A stretch of DNA of 64,000 nucleotides from Paramecium tetraurelia. Taxonomy: Eukaryota. The stretch spans positions 186,001 to 250,000 of the forward strand of contig CT868296.1 in NCBI GenBank assembly GCA_000165425.1, given 5' to 3'. Shown here piece after piece: positions 39,622 through 53,707 of the stretch (positions within the stretch are counted from its first letter, which is position 1; every line of letters starts with the position of its first letter). The translations under genes were made by a program, and so were the position numbers. The notes below the pieces were generated by a model, which was given only the letters and a program-made list of their open reading frames with translations, was not told the DNA's origin and ran no database searches.

Positions 39622-40120
39622 ATGTATATCAACCTCACATAAAATAATAAGTCTTGGTGGACTCACACATCGCTTGTCCCAACAGAAACTTAAAATAAAG
39701 TCTTCAATTTAGTGAATGGATAATCCAGTTTCTAGAATAAGTCAACATTACTTACCACTTATTTGAGTTTGGAAGCCGTCAATAGAATAGGTCCAGCAAA
39801 GAAGTTAGCCATATATTTTAAGGCTGGAATTGTAGGTGCAGTATTTTTAGGAACAAGGTAATTGTGTAAAATAATGAATAATTAGAATTGCATCTGGAAG
39901 TTATTATGCAAATAGCATCAAAACAGAAATAGGCAAATTACTTGATGGTGCTCCTGTTTGGGAAAATAAGTTTGATGTGCCAGAATTAGATAAAAAATTC
40001 TTTTTTATTGATGATGACAATAATTTTGAACCTTCCTTATGGCACCATGGCATGTATTAATAATTGATTTTATGTAGCAATCAGATCGATAAGCCTAAAC
40101 AATTTTACAAATTTGAATGA
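39622..40120 (+). CDS. Small membrane protein (~148 aa), possibly mitochondrial
   Basis: MYINLTQNNKSWWTHTSLVPT..YFKAGIVGAVFLGTRIASG..PVWENKFDVPELDKKFFFIDDDNNFEPSLWHHG..FYKFE*; two short introns. Confidence 0.75.
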
Positions 40121-40154
40121 GCATTAAAATACATATATATAATTTAATAAAAAA

Positions 40155-41371
40155 ATGAATCCCATCGATCAGCACAAATTATAATTTGTGCTCAAGGATT
40201 GCATTCTCAAATTACAATTTATAGGAGAAATCACGAGAGATAATGATATCTCATCTGAATTGGCAGGTTATGAATAAAGTAAATTGCTAACCGATCAACA
40301 AACATTGGAAGTTAAATATGCAGAATTAGTTGCCAAACGAAGCACATTGGTAGGGATCTCTAATAGAAAATAACTAACTGAAACTCAGAAGCACATTTAG
40401 GAAGTAGCATAAAGACTGAAAGAGAGTACAAAGAAGTTATGCAGGTATAAGTTTCATTTAAAATATTAGGTTATTTAAAGAAAACCCAAATATAGATTAA
40501 GATTCATTAAAAGTCTATGAAGAGAGGGCAGGATTGATCTCAGACTTAGAAGTATTTATTTACATCTATTGAAGAATCTCAAAACATTCATTTAAAACAA
40601 TCAATTAAATAAATTTGCTCAAAATGTTACAAATAGTTTAGAAGAGTAGGATTCATTAAGAAAATTCGCAGTGAGAGAAAAAGAATTGGCTGCTGAAATA
40701 AAGAAATTGTAAAATGATAAAACTTAAGAAATTAAAGAACATGAACATGAGAAGACTGAAAAATAAAAGAATATTTAATCATTAAAAGAAAAACTATTAT
40801 ATAAAACAAATAGAGCTGACTTAAAAAAAAAGTATGATGAAAAGGTAGGGACTTCTAAAGAAAATACTCAAATGAGAGTGTTTGAATTTGCTTTAAAGGA
40901 TATTGAATAATAAATTTTAAATTTTACTACCAAAATTGAGACAGAAGAAAAGGTTCATAAATAATTAAAGGATTACTTAATTAGAAAAGAAGTACTTAAT
41001 AATATTATATAAATTTAGGAAGAATCAAAAAAGAAAACAGATGATCAAAATAAGTATATGGATGAGAAGAAATAAGAGTTGGAAGATAAAATTGAGAAAT
41101 TGACTGAACAAAAAACTATTATGTTAAAAGAATTAGATCTACTGAACAGAAGATTTGAAAAGGAAGAATTAGAAAAATAGGAACGTGAGAGAAAAGTATA
41201 TTTATTCTTTTATTTTAGGAAATTTAAGAACAAGAAGCCAAAAAATTAAGAGAATTACAATAATTGCGAATGGAAAATGCCATTAAATTAATTTAGAACG
41301 AACTAATGGAAAGAAAAGAGTTATATGGTTTAGGTGCCAAAAAAAAGAAACCCAAAAAAGCAAAGAAATGA
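40155..41371 (+). CDS. Axonemal coiled-coil protein, probably dynein regulatory complex subunit DRC9/IQCG (or DRC10/IQCD)-like
   Basis: LEVKYAELVAKRSTL..LKESTKKLCRLFKENPN, long coiled coil, degenerate IQ motif (AIKLIQNELM) and a Lys-rich tail GAKKKKPKKAKK*. Family assignment is from recalled similarity. Confidence 0.6.
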
Positions 41372-41410
41372 CTAAACAAATTTAAATAAAATTAAATCTT
41401 AAATTAATTC

Positions 41411-41955
41411 ATGGGACGTATGTAAGCTAAGGGAAAGGGAAAGGGTATTTCTGGTTCAGCCCTCCCATATAAAAGAAAAGCACCAAAATGGTTGACCTTA
41501 TCATCCAAATCAATCGTCGATTAAATTGTTAATTTAGCCAAGAAAGGTTTCATTTAACATGATTGCAATTTTTATAGGTTTGAATGGATCTCAAATCGGA
41601 GTCTACTTAAGAGATTAATAAGGCATCCCTTAAACCAGATTCTTAACAGGTTAAAAGATCTTGAGAATCTTAAAGAAAAGAGGTATAGCAATTAATTAAA
41701 ATTTAGGTTGTGCTCCAAAAATCCCTGAAGATTTGTACGCTTTAATCAAAAAGGCTGTTTAAATCAGAAAGCATTTGGAGAAGAATAGAGGTGATATTAC
41801 CAGCAAATTCAGATTGATTTTGGTTGAAAGCAGAATTCATAGACTTAGCAGATATTACAGAAGAACCCAAAAGTTGCCATCAAATTGGAAATAGTATACA
41901 TTTCATATTATCTTCAAGTGTCTCAAAGACAGCTTCTGCCTTAATTGGTTAATGA
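41411..41955 (+). CDS. RPS13: 40S ribosomal protein S13 (uS15)
   Basis: [75 protein letters not shown]; three introns. Confidence 0.98.
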
Positions 41956-41998
41956 GTTAGAATATAAATACAATATGCATATATTTTAATATTTTATA

Positions 41999-42994
41999 TC
42001 ACTTTTTTTATCTTTTTCAATGACTCACAAACTTCCTTAATATTAATACGCTCTTCTTCTTTCTTTTACAGCATTTTCTAATAATTCATAAATCTATTTA
42101 ATACTGTAATTAAGTCTTTCATCTCTTAACTAACTGGATTTGTATTTGGAAATTGAATTTTCTAATTATTGATAGCATTCAACAACAACATTATAGAATT
42201 TGTATCTTTCCATGGAAGCACTCCAAATAACATTTAATACAGAATAACACCCAAAGACCACACATCACATTTGATGCAATAGCTAAATAAATTATTTCTA
42301 TATAAATACTCTTCTCCTGCTAAAATCTGTGGAGCCATGTAATAAGGTGTTCCTACTGATGTACCATGAGCAGCCACATCTTTTTTGTCCTCTTCGATTA
42401 CTTTAGCAAAACCAAAATCTGCTAATTTTGCTGTTCCATTGTGTATCAATATATTTTCTGGCTTTAGATCTCTATGGAAAACACTTTTGTCATATAAGTA
42501 TGAACATCCTTCTGCAATCTAGAGAAAAATATCAACAGTCTCTTATTCATTCAACTTTCCTTTGTCTTTGATGAGCATATCCAAATCCCCACCATTACAG
42601 TATTCCAAAAAGAAATAAATATTATTTGGAGTCTCTGAGAAATCAATGAACTTAACAATATTAGGATGATCCATCTACTTCCATAAAGAAACCTAATCAA
42701 AATATGCGAAATCTTATACTTCTATTTTTAATGAGTTGATGATATATTCTTTTCTGCTTTCTGGGTTATTACTCTTTTTGAGTTTTTCGATTATATTTTG
42801 TTTTGCAATCAATTTGCAGGCGAAAACTATTTTCTCATTTTCTTTCAATGTAGCTAAATGACTTTTTTAAATCTTTATATATACGTGTCTGCAAAATTTC
42901 CTTTTCCCAGTTTTGTTGTTTTGATGTAGTACTTCCCATCAACCATCTTATAATTTGGAATTGTGGCTGCTATTTCTTCCAAATTTTATTTCAT
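41999..42994 (-). CDS. Ser/Thr protein kinase (ciliate-expanded ULK/CAMK-like group)
   Basis: [40 protein letters not shown]; four introns. Confidence 0.93.
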
Positions 42995-44127
42995 TTATTA
43001 TATTTTATATGTATTTTAATAATTCCATTAATAAAGTCTTTAATAATTCGTAATTTATAAACTTACTTAGTTGGTCATCTCAATTGACTTACTCATTAAA
43101 CCCTTATTTATTTTCAAATTTCCCCTCCCTAATTAAATCTGAAGGAATTATCAATTAGAATATTGATTAAATTCTCATATAATAAACAAAATTCTAATTA
43201 ATATTACTAACTTATTCAATAATTTATATTTAATTGAAAGCATGCACATTCTTTTATATTCTTGTAATTGGTTGAAGTTAAATAGAGAAAATTACAGTTT
43301 GAAAATTTCTAAAAGATCGAAATCATTTAAAAAATTGTGCCATTTTAGGTATTTTCTTCGATTTTATGAAACTCAATATTAATGGAACTAACTTAAGTAA
43401 GGATCTAATTAAAAATCAATTCTTCTGCCTTAAATTAATGTATGGGAAGTTTTATTTTAAAAGAGCAATGTAGATACATTAATAAATTTAAATATTTTAA
43501 CTAAGGATTAATATTATCAATTTATTTGTTGAAAGTTGAATGTGTAATATAATTCATACATCTGCAGATATATAATTTACATTATTACTTAGCATTTTTA
43601 TTTATAAATTCTATGGTGTTCATCAAACAGATTACATTTGTCGAAATAAGATTCGGGGGATTGTTACTAAAATCAAAATATTATGAAAAAAAATGAAATT
43701 CATAAAATATACAAGAAATCCAAACTGCATTTTAGTAAGTTATATCAGAAACTTGCTTTTTAAAATATAAGGAATTTAAAAATAAATCTTTTGGGGAAAT
43801 TAAAAAAATTGATATTTTTGGAATTATTAAATTAAAAAATAAATATGGTTACAAAAGAGTTTAACAATTAAAAATAAACTAATTGTTTGAATTAATTGTT
43901 AGACAAGAAAGTCTTAATTCTAAAGTCACAAAATTAATTTGATTTATCTTTTCGTTTTTAATGGAGAATTAAAAGATTTATGTAAAATAAAATAAATAAA
44001 ATTGGATGAAGGGAATATCAATTATGGAGATTCTATGTTGTTGTTTGAAATCATTTAATAAAATTTGAAGCATTTTAGAGATTCGATTATAAAAATAGAT
44101 ATTATAATTTTAATATAAATTCTCGAT

Positions 44128-44901
44128 ATGTCAAGAAGTTTAAATGATGATGACAAACCTCTAATTCCACTCCTTTAGGCAACAGGTTAAAAGAAACAAG
44201 AAAAGCTAGCATATGAAAGATAAATGGCTAAAATAACTTTATTGAAATAGACGGAGTAGAAAAATTTGCATCTAGTAAAACGTAACTTGAGTTAGGCAGG
44301 CTAAGTTATATGAGATGGCAGCAGACAAAATTGAGAATGGAATCTTGGTGAAGAAGCAATTGTAGGAATTGACAGAGGAGGCGAATTAAATAAAGGATGA
44401 GAAAATGAAAAGAAGGAAGTAGCAGATTGAATCAATAAAAAAATGTGAAGAAGACTTCATTAAAAAGAGACTGACAGCACAAAAATTAGGGTAAGATAAA
44501 GTGTGTGATTTTAGAGATTCGATGAAGCAATCTTAAGTGAAAGAATACAAGAGTACAATGAAAATGACTTTAAGTAGAACTCGAGATTGCATACTTCAGG
44601 AGAACCAAAAGATTAGGGAGGCATTGTATTAGGAGGAGAAGGAGAGGAAGAAGAAGAAGGAGGAAACTAAGAAATTGGATGAGATGAAATCGTAATAATT
44701 TTATAAGGAGAGAGTTTCTTATGAGAGATTAATTGAGGAGAAACTAAAAAAGTCAAGGGAAAAGTTGTTTAAGGATGAGGAGACATTGAAAGCGCGTTTG
44801 AAGGTATGATGAGTTGGCTTAGTTAGTAAACTTAAGATATGCTGAGCAAGTCTCAAAACAAGTTTATGGAACTCTAATCTTGGAGTGGTCAGAAGAGATG
44901 A
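44128..44901 (+). CDS. Hypothetical coiled-coil protein
   Basis: MSRSLNDDDKPLIPLL..., E/K/Q-rich; short introns restore the frame; ends WSGQKR*. Confidence 0.6.
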
Positions 44902-44935
44902 TAAGGAAATAATAATTATTATTAATAAATTATAT

Positions 44936-47225
44936 ATGTCATTGAATTCACGATATATCAACGACAACTTATTTAAGACGTATCAAGAACAGCTACAATA
45001 GACGATAGCCCAATTTTGTGATTAAGTGAATTCTAATTCTTCGGAGAATGACTCATTATTTTATGATGGATTCAAGTTTTAGGCAGCACATTAATAAATA
45101 TGTATTCTATTGCATTTTAATTAGCTGACCTCATAACGCAGGTTGAGATAAGTTCGAAGATAGACGAAGGAAAAAGATAGCTATCAACATTGATATTAGG
45201 TTAGGCTCAGTAGATTCTTAAAAATTATAGTTCATAACAAAACCAAATTAAGGTTAAGATTACCTAGTCATTATTCAATTTGCAAAGAGATACGATAAGG
45301 ACTATTTAAGAAGTGCACGATGCATTTAGTTTAATAGAATCGATAAAATGGCCATGCAAAGGACAAACCTATAAGCAGTACGACAAACAGCTACGTGCTT
45401 TGGAGAAGTAGTGCTTCTTTTGGGAATAAGTGTTGTTGTTAGAAAACAGAACGCCGAATTCGACATGTTAGAATGATTTCAAATTACGGTTAAATGAATG
45501 GTTTGAGCAATTCACCAACGATATCAGAACAAAGAATTTCGATACCATGAAAAAATCTAAAAAAGGTTATTTGGATACACAATTGAAGACTGCCCATGAA
45601 TTGTATGTGGGATTGGGAACCGAGAGAAATAGAGAAGGCGCATTATAAATATACAAAAGGTTGGCAGAGGAGAACCATCCGATAGCATAGGCAATAATGG
45701 GATAGATTTTAATGGATGGAGAAGTAGGAGAAAAAGATTATGATCAGGTATTTAAATAAAAACTACTTGTGGTAGGCTTTTAACTACTTGAAATTGAGTG
45801 CCGACCAAGGACATACATTCAGCGTCTATTGGGCATCTAAATTAATATTGGTAATACCTTATTAGTAATTTGATAGGAAGAAAAAGTTTTTGATAAATTT
45901 TTTGAGAAGGATGATCAATAGAGCAGAAAATCAAGTGTGACAGCTATCAAAACTAAGGATTGTGATTTGGCTATCAAATTATTAAGAAAGGCTGCCGAAT
46001 TGGAACATGTTCCTTCAATGAATTATCTGGGAGACTTATACACATCTGGTTTGGAATTATAAAATTGTAACAATAATAATTATAAATATTAATGATAGAT
46101 TCTTTGGAGAAGGACTATTAGGATGCTGAATACTTTTATAAACAAGCTCAAAAAAAGAATTCAGTTGAAGCTACTTATAAATTGTCTTTGCTTTATTAAG
46201 AGATGAGCAAGACTAGCTTAAACAAAGTAAGATTTTCATTCATTTATTTAACAGAATAGAAAGCAATTAATTTACCCATTACTCAGTCAAGCCAAGAACT
46301 AAGACTATTTACCAGCATTTTACGATCTTGGAATTTTGCTGTTAAATGGCCTAGGTGAGGAATTGCAGGCCAATCCAATGATGGCTGACTTAATCTTCGA
46401 ATAAGGGGCACTTAGTGGCGATATTAAGTGCGCTAAAAAATTACTTAATCTTCGTTTTCAAAATTTACAGAGAGAGGAGGGTTCGATAAACGATTTCCTT
46501 TCTCTGTTGGATTAGTTAGAGGATATTTTGAAGGATCAATCTATCATTAATTACATGAGAGGTAAGATTTACTTTAAGGGGATATTATGTGAGAAGAATA
46601 TGTAAAAAGCGGTCGACTAATTTCGGTATTTGAATGAAATGAAAATAGAATAGGATCATGGAGAGGCTGTCTAAAATGCAGAGCCCAATTAGAGAAGATC
46701 TTCAAGGACAAAGAGGAGTTGCCAACCAGTTCACAATAGTCATCCCTTCAGAAACTCAACATCTAAGGAGGATTTATCGATTCAGTGAAACAGAGTGACT
46801 TAAGAAAAGCATATCAGATACAGAAGGGGAAGGTTTCATAGAACAATAAATCAATTCCCTTTGAATAAGAGAATCAATCCACTCGATAAGATAGACATAC
46901 CATAATGACGATAAGCATAGTTAAACCCAATGAAGTCAATGATCCAGACAGAAAACGAGGGGGCTCTGAATATAATAGTTTCAAAAGAGTAGAAAGCAGT
47001 GTCATGCTTTCCTAATTAAAACTACAAATTCAATCACCATAATAATAGCAATAATAATCGTCTACCAGATTTGATCAGCAATAATAATCATAATATGGAT
47101 CTCCTCGTCAACCCTCGTTAATTAATATCTCTTCAAATTCTTCAAAGAAAGATCGCTTTAATTTTAGTAAATTACCTAGCCATCGATCTATTAATTCTTC
47201 AAAATATCTATTCAACTAACCTTGA
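44936..47225 (+). CDS. SEL1-like repeat protein
   Basis: YVGLGTERNREGALQIYKRLAEENHPIAQAIMG; KDYDQAFNYLKLSADQGH; AIKLLRKAAELEHVPSMNYLGDLYTSG; Q/S-rich tail. Confidence 0.85.
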
Positions 47226-47274
47226 ATTTAGCATATTAACTCAAACTTATATTATATTATATTTTATTAATAAA

Positions 47275-48110
47275 ATGGAATCCCCCAAACAAAAACAAGA
47301 AAATGAGGAGCCCCAAAACGAAGTTCAATAACCACAGACACATCTCATTCAACTAGATGTAGAAGAGCCTAATGAACCACCAGTAAAAAGACCAGCCCCA
47401 AAAACATTCGGAGATTTAACAATCATATTTATTTTCGAGACCATAGGAACAGGATTATTCGCATATGGCATAGTGGCATCTAATGGATCTGATATCTTGA
47501 TTGCTGCTTATTTGTATGCAGCAATATTTTTAACATGCAAATTTACAGGTGGCCATGTCAATCCAGCAGTGTCATTCAGCTTCTATTGTGATGATACAAT
47601 TAGTTCATGGACATTGAGAATCTATTGGACAGCTCAATTATTAGGTGCAGTTGGAGGTGCTTGGATTGCTTATTTAATATTGGGAGTAGTGACATCTCCT
47701 AGTATTAAGAGTACAAACATAGAGTGGATGCTTGCTGATTTGTGTGGAGAAGTACTTACATCACCTTAATTTAGGCCTTTGGAACCTTTATGTTTGTTCT
47801 ATTCATACACATTCAAGTTCATGAATAAACTAGATAGACTAATAATGACATTGCAGGCATCGCTTGGATTGCATTGGCTCTATTCTTTTCTAGATAGTTG
47901 TCATCACATTCTGGAGGTATTTCATACTCTTCTATTTGAGGTTGCCTGAATCCAGCTATGGGTGTGGGATTGGAATTATTTGAAGCATTCTGGTTGAATG
48001 ACACAACTAAATTAGCTAATTTTTGGGTGTTTCTATTTGCTCCACTGTTTGGGGCATATATGGCATCGATTTTCTACAATTCAATATATTTGCCTTTATT
48101 AAAAAAATGA
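47275..48110 (+). CDS. Aquaporin (MIP family)
   Basis: Two NPA boxes (GGHVNPAVS, GGCLNPAMG), FETIGT and EAFGTF helices, WVFLFAPLFGA; two introns. Confidence 0.95.
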
Positions 48111-48129
48111 GACATATATAAATTTAATT

Positions 48130-50097
48130 ATGGAGTAATATATTGATCACGAACTTACAATCCAACAATTCTTCAAGTAGCATCAAATAACATCACCTCT
48201 ACTCTCCCAACTCAAAAGGGAGTTCGGTATCATCAAGCATCCCACTTTTATAATGAATAATTTGCTCTAAGTAATTTTAATAGCAAAAATTAGATCATCC
48301 AACACAAGAAACATTTAACATGTATTGAAGCACCAAAATAAAGTGGAAGAACTATGTCCTGTCTGTTAATTATTTTGGATTAGTTTTTGAAATCTTTAGA
48401 TCATTTCACTCCTGATGAAGAAGTAATCATTAAATACATTATCATAGAATGGATATTATCTACTCGTTACTTCAGCAAGCAGAGAACAATCAGCACATTG
48501 TAAAACCATAGTTCAAAAGTTGCTTGACAACTATCCCTAAGAGATTGCCTTGCTTGATATTAATTCATAATTTCCTCTGAATGCTAAGAGTATCATATTC
48601 AGTAAAATATTCTTAGAATGATTAATATAACATTGTATTACCACCTTGTTACATAACCATCTATATTGTTTGCCACCTACTATTCTGTGAGTAAATTAAA
48701 GGCTAGTGGTAAGGTAGATAATAAATGTTTCTAATTTGCTTTATTTGATGATTGCAATCTAGCCACACTCTATGGTGGATAACATCAATTGGAAACAGTT
48801 TCTAAGTGGATTTCCAAGAATCAATTCACAATTTATATTGGAGATGAAAAATTGATTGAAGTTATACTTGGAAAGGCAATTACAGTTGCTAAAATTGAAG
48901 AGGATTAGGAAGAATAGGAATAAGAAGATAGAGTCATTTAATAAACTAATAATGCATTGCCCAATTTGTTTTACTATTTTTATTCAGACTTTACTTAATA
49001 ATAGATAGTCCTTTACATCACTTTGAAACTTAACCTTGTCTAAGGAAAGACACTTATTATAGTTTAAAATTTGTTTGAGATTTACTATTTGCAATTACTT
49101 TTTTAAAGATGTAATATCGAAAGATATCAAATTTATAACCATGAAAACCCAAAAAGACTTAAATATTATACATTGTCAACTTTCAATACTGGAGTTATCT
49201 AAATACTTGTAGCTACTGCCAATGTCTTCTTAGATCTGGAAAATGAATTCTTTGAAAGAAGCAAGTAACAAACTAAAAAATCCAAATAACCTTATACTCT
49301 AAAGAAGTTAGATAATATCATTTTGTATAATTTATTGCCAAATGAATTACCAGATTAAATATTAAAATCTGTGAGCAATACTGTATGTATAGCTTCAAAT
49401 AATGAATAAAATGTTGAAACAGTTATGTAGTTTGTAAACACTGAGTATAATAATATTAATTGCAAAGAATATCCTATAAAATAAAATGAAATTGAGGCAT
49501 TCCGTTATCGTATAGAAGATACAACCAAAAATATATCTAAATATTAAGTTAAAATGGCTGAGCAAATCGATTTCAAAAAGAAGATGATCAAATCACCAGA
49601 TCTAGTGGAGTACTTTTAATAGAATTAGAAAGAAAAAGAATTGTTGTAAGATCAAATCGTATAATTAAAGAAGAAGTTAAATAGATCAGCAATATAATTG
49701 CCATAAGGTATCAATATATAAAAATGTCTTAGGTCCTGTATCTGAATATTTGTTACCAGAATTCATCAAGAAGTAAAGGAAGATGCAGGGAGATTAATCG
49801 AAGGTCAAAGTGCTTGTGAGAGTTCATGATTAAATTACTGATAAATTGATAAGGAAAAGAAGATTGTTGAATGATGAATAGAATAACAATATGTTGCCTG
49901 AGTAAGAAGAGAAACCTAGAACAAAGAAGCCTGAGAATTAATATGTGACAATCAATCAAGAAGACGAGGATCCTGAATTAGTTGATTCATCTCGTCTTAG
50001 ACCCATAAGTGGTAAGAAAACTTGGAAGTTGAAACATGGATTCAAATTGAAAAAGAGAAACAAGAGATTGGAAAGGAAAGGAGTCTTCACTACCTGA
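48130..50097 (+). CDS. DDX56: DDX56/Dbp9-like DEAD-box helicase-fold protein with degenerate catalytic motifs
   Basis: Family-specific C-terminus EIEAFRYRIED..KKMIKSPDLVEYFQQNQKEKELL..VSEYLLP. Helicase motifs are altered (APKQSGRT; FDDCNL). Confidence 0.7.
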
Positions 50098-50166
50098 GTG
50101 TATATAAATTAATTTATTTAACAATTTTATAGAATATTGTATGATATATAAATGTTCATGAATAAT

Positions 50167-53017
50167 TCATTAATCCTTTGGCTGATTTGTTAGAACTTCT
50201 TTGAATGAAAATGGCATAAACTTAATACCATCAGCTTTATAGAATTTGCTTTAGAATTCCACCCATTACAATCTTAGAGCATGTAAGAAACATTCCATAA
50301 GATCCATGCACATTAAAACTAATCATACATAAATATATATATACCTCCAATAGTGCAATGTAGAAAGACAGGCCATCCAATGACTAAGACAATTACATTT
50401 CCATCTTCAATTCCTGCACCAATACACTTCTCGAAAAACACTTTAGCCAATTATCCATGTGCTAAAGATAAGGCCCATAAACGCAAATATGATGCAGTAT
50501 TACTAATAGAACCAAGAACGAATTCGATGGTTTCAATAATCTAATGTACAGCAAGTTCTCCAATATCAAATTCGTCATGTCCATGTCCATGTTCTCCAGT
50601 CTTTTCTGGTTATTTAGGTAATAATTTTTATGGTTAATCATTTTGTAAATCTTCTTCTGCTACTTACTCTTTGAGTCTCTGTTCTTCCAATTGTTTTCTT
50701 CTTTACTCCTTCTCTTTTTCCTTTTATATTAATTACAATCTTAATTCTTCGGCCAAAGCACTTTAATTAATTGATTTTTGGCTCGATTGAACAGGCAACA
50801 AGGCTTCCTTGCTTTCATCTTTGGGTTCAAGTGCTTTTGAAGGCTTCTTCTCATGCTCTTTTCCAGAGTAGTGTTGAATAACCTCGACAATGGGTTTAGG
50901 TAGAAGCATCCAAGGAATGCATAAGAATGACCAAAATAGAATAGATTATTAAAGAGACTCTTGAGACTCTAAGTCAAACAATGGTTTTCCTTCTGTGGAA
51001 CCTCCTTATAGAGGGATATTGATCATAGCATTGATGATTGATGGAGCCTAATCAGTTCTACCTTCCCAACTCTATCCCCATTTCAACATGATCATCACTC
51101 CCATGTAACCGAAAGTTATGCACATAAATATCAATTGTGGGAGGAATTCACAAATAAATGATAAGTAATCTTTAAAATATAGATTGTTGACTCCTTTTAA
51201 GAGAATACCAAAAATCATTTGAGAGACTCCATAAATGATTGCAAACTTCATCTTGAAAGAATTGAAGAAGTTCAATTCATTGCTTGCTATGTACCATTTA
51301 GGATCAAATCCAATCGGGTAGGTACATCCTTTAATATAAACAGTTTCTTCAGAATCAGGGACATTTTCAAAACAACTTCCAAATATATTCCAAGTCAAAG
51401 ACATGAAATCATTATAAATAATACCACAATAGAGTGCACACAAACCCATCAGTAGGAATAAATATCTAACCTAAACTAAAGCAGCAAAATCAGGCAGTTT
51501 TTTTAGAGTGTCAGCATTTTTGACTAAAAGGAATGCTAAAACAAATAGAACACCACCATGACCAATATCTCCAAACATAATACCAAACATGAAAGGGAAA
51601 AACATAACGGCAAACATTCCAGGGTTCACTTCCTTATACCTGGGGATTCCGTAAGTGTTGACAATTTCTTGGAATACATTATTGAATTCATTTATCTTAA
51701 AGTAAGTGGGTGTAAGCACTTTCTCAGGTGGTTCCAATTCAATAATTTATCCAACTGAAACGTTGCTTTAGGAGACACTCAATTGGTGTAATCCGTATGA
51801 TGCAATTCAGCTTCTATATGTTTGGGTGCCCAAAAGAACCCTATATAAATTCTTTCTTTCTGATAAAGGTAATTTAGATTGGTATATAATGCTTTCTCTT
51901 TCACCATTATCAACTTACTCATTTCCAACAATGATATTTTCAATTATGGTTATATTTAAGCATACTCCAATAATAATTCCTTTATCTTACCAGCTGTCAA
52001 TCTCAATAACTAAAAGTTAAATGGCATCATACATTGTCGCATTCATCCAAAGAACGATCCAATTCTAATGTCTTTTAGACTAACAACTAAGGATCATCTG
52101 GAAGTACAAATTTGGCACAATTAAACGAATCACAAATTTTGTTGAGTTTGGCTCTCAAAAAATCTTATCCTCCTCCTGTATACACAATCAGAAACACTGT
52201 TCTTTGCTTTTCCAAATTTTTAGCAGCCGACTTATCAGAATCCAAGTTCCCCGATTCTAATGAGGCATCAATTCTTGAATATTCTATATCAGACATCACA
52301 ATCCATGCGTTTCCTTTGGAGGCTCTGAACACCATTCTTTTAAAACGGTTGGCTTCTAATCTGTCAACCACTCCCACCAAATAATTTAGATTATAAACTA
52401 TTGTCATTATAACATACAATTTATACGTGGTTGTGCTACTTTTTGTTGTTCTGGTATACCACCTATCTGTGGATTTATAGCCACATTCCTACCCTTCGTG
52501 TAATAGGTTGGACCCAATACTTCCTTTGATTTTATCAAAACTGCCTTGTGTTCAAACAAAGTGTTTTTACGAACAGAGATTTGCTCCAAATTCTGAATTT
52601 GTTCTATCAATTGAGCTTTGAGATAAAGACCAATGTTTACAATATTTTTCATCCAAAGTACTCTCAATTAGATCAAACCATTTATCTTCACTTTAGCTTA
52701 TATCCTTAGTATATTAGGACATTTTTTCTAAGAATTATTAATAATCAGAGCATTTCAGATTCTTTATTTTGTACTTCAACATCTCCACTTCCAATACATT
52801 TAACTTACTGATAACTTCATCTGCTCTTCGGATGTATTGATAAAAAGGTCGATTCACATGGGGCTCATCTGGTGACATATCCACCACTTAGACCTTAAAT
52901 ATAGATTCCATTCCCTACCATACTCAATTTTCCCATCTCATTGAACACATTCCATGCACTTTCCTTAGGTACTATTATCTAATAATATGCCATAGTCTCC
53001 GATCTAAAGAAACTCAT
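50167..53017 (-). CDS. ATP6V0A: V-type H+-ATPase V0 subunit a (Vph1/Stv1 family)
   Basis: MSFFRSETM; PTYFKINEF..FQEIVNTYGIPRYKEVNP; FPFMFGIMFGDIGHG; FFNSFKMK; SNTASYLRLWALSLAH; LHALRLQWVEF. Confidence 0.97.
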
Positions 53018-53707
53018 TAATAAGATATAAATAATATTTATGTTAATTTAAGAAGCATTAATAAATTATTTATAAAACAGAACCATTTCAATCTTATTAT
53101 TTAATCGACCCTCCCACTCCAAATTTATAAGTTCACATTCACTTCTATATAACTGAATACCATACAATTATAAACTAACTTAAGAAAATTAACATTCTTA
53201 ATTAATTTCCTTTTGTAATTATTTCCCACGAATTTCAATTATTCATTCCATTTTTCATCTTCCCAAAAATTTCCGTTATTTCACTTATTTATGAATGAAC
53301 TTCAAGACCCCTAATTCAACCACAATAGAACCATTAATCTATAAAAATACATAAATAAATTAGAACAGCCTAGAAGTCAGAAAATATTTAAAATTCAAAT
53401 TTCTTTGATTAGTTGCTAAATAACTAACCTAATTGGTACCTCAAAAGAAGGTTTTCCTTAAAATAATTATGATGACAAAGATTATACTACATAATAACTT
53501 TATTATTTTTTTGAAGATGTTATATATCTTAATATAAAATTCAAGGTTTCTTTTTTTTATTTGATAACATATTATTGATTTTATGGAAATAGTGATATAA
53601 AACGATAGACAGTTTGGATGAAAATGAGTAAGAAATCAATATTATCAATCTGGAATAAAGAATCATTATTAATAAAGAAAATATAAAATAATTAAAGAAT
53701 TTAATTA

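Noticed and set aside
44128..47225. One long coiled-coil + SEL1 gene
   Set aside because: TGA 44899-44901, an AT-only spacer and a new ATG at 44936 indicate two genes.
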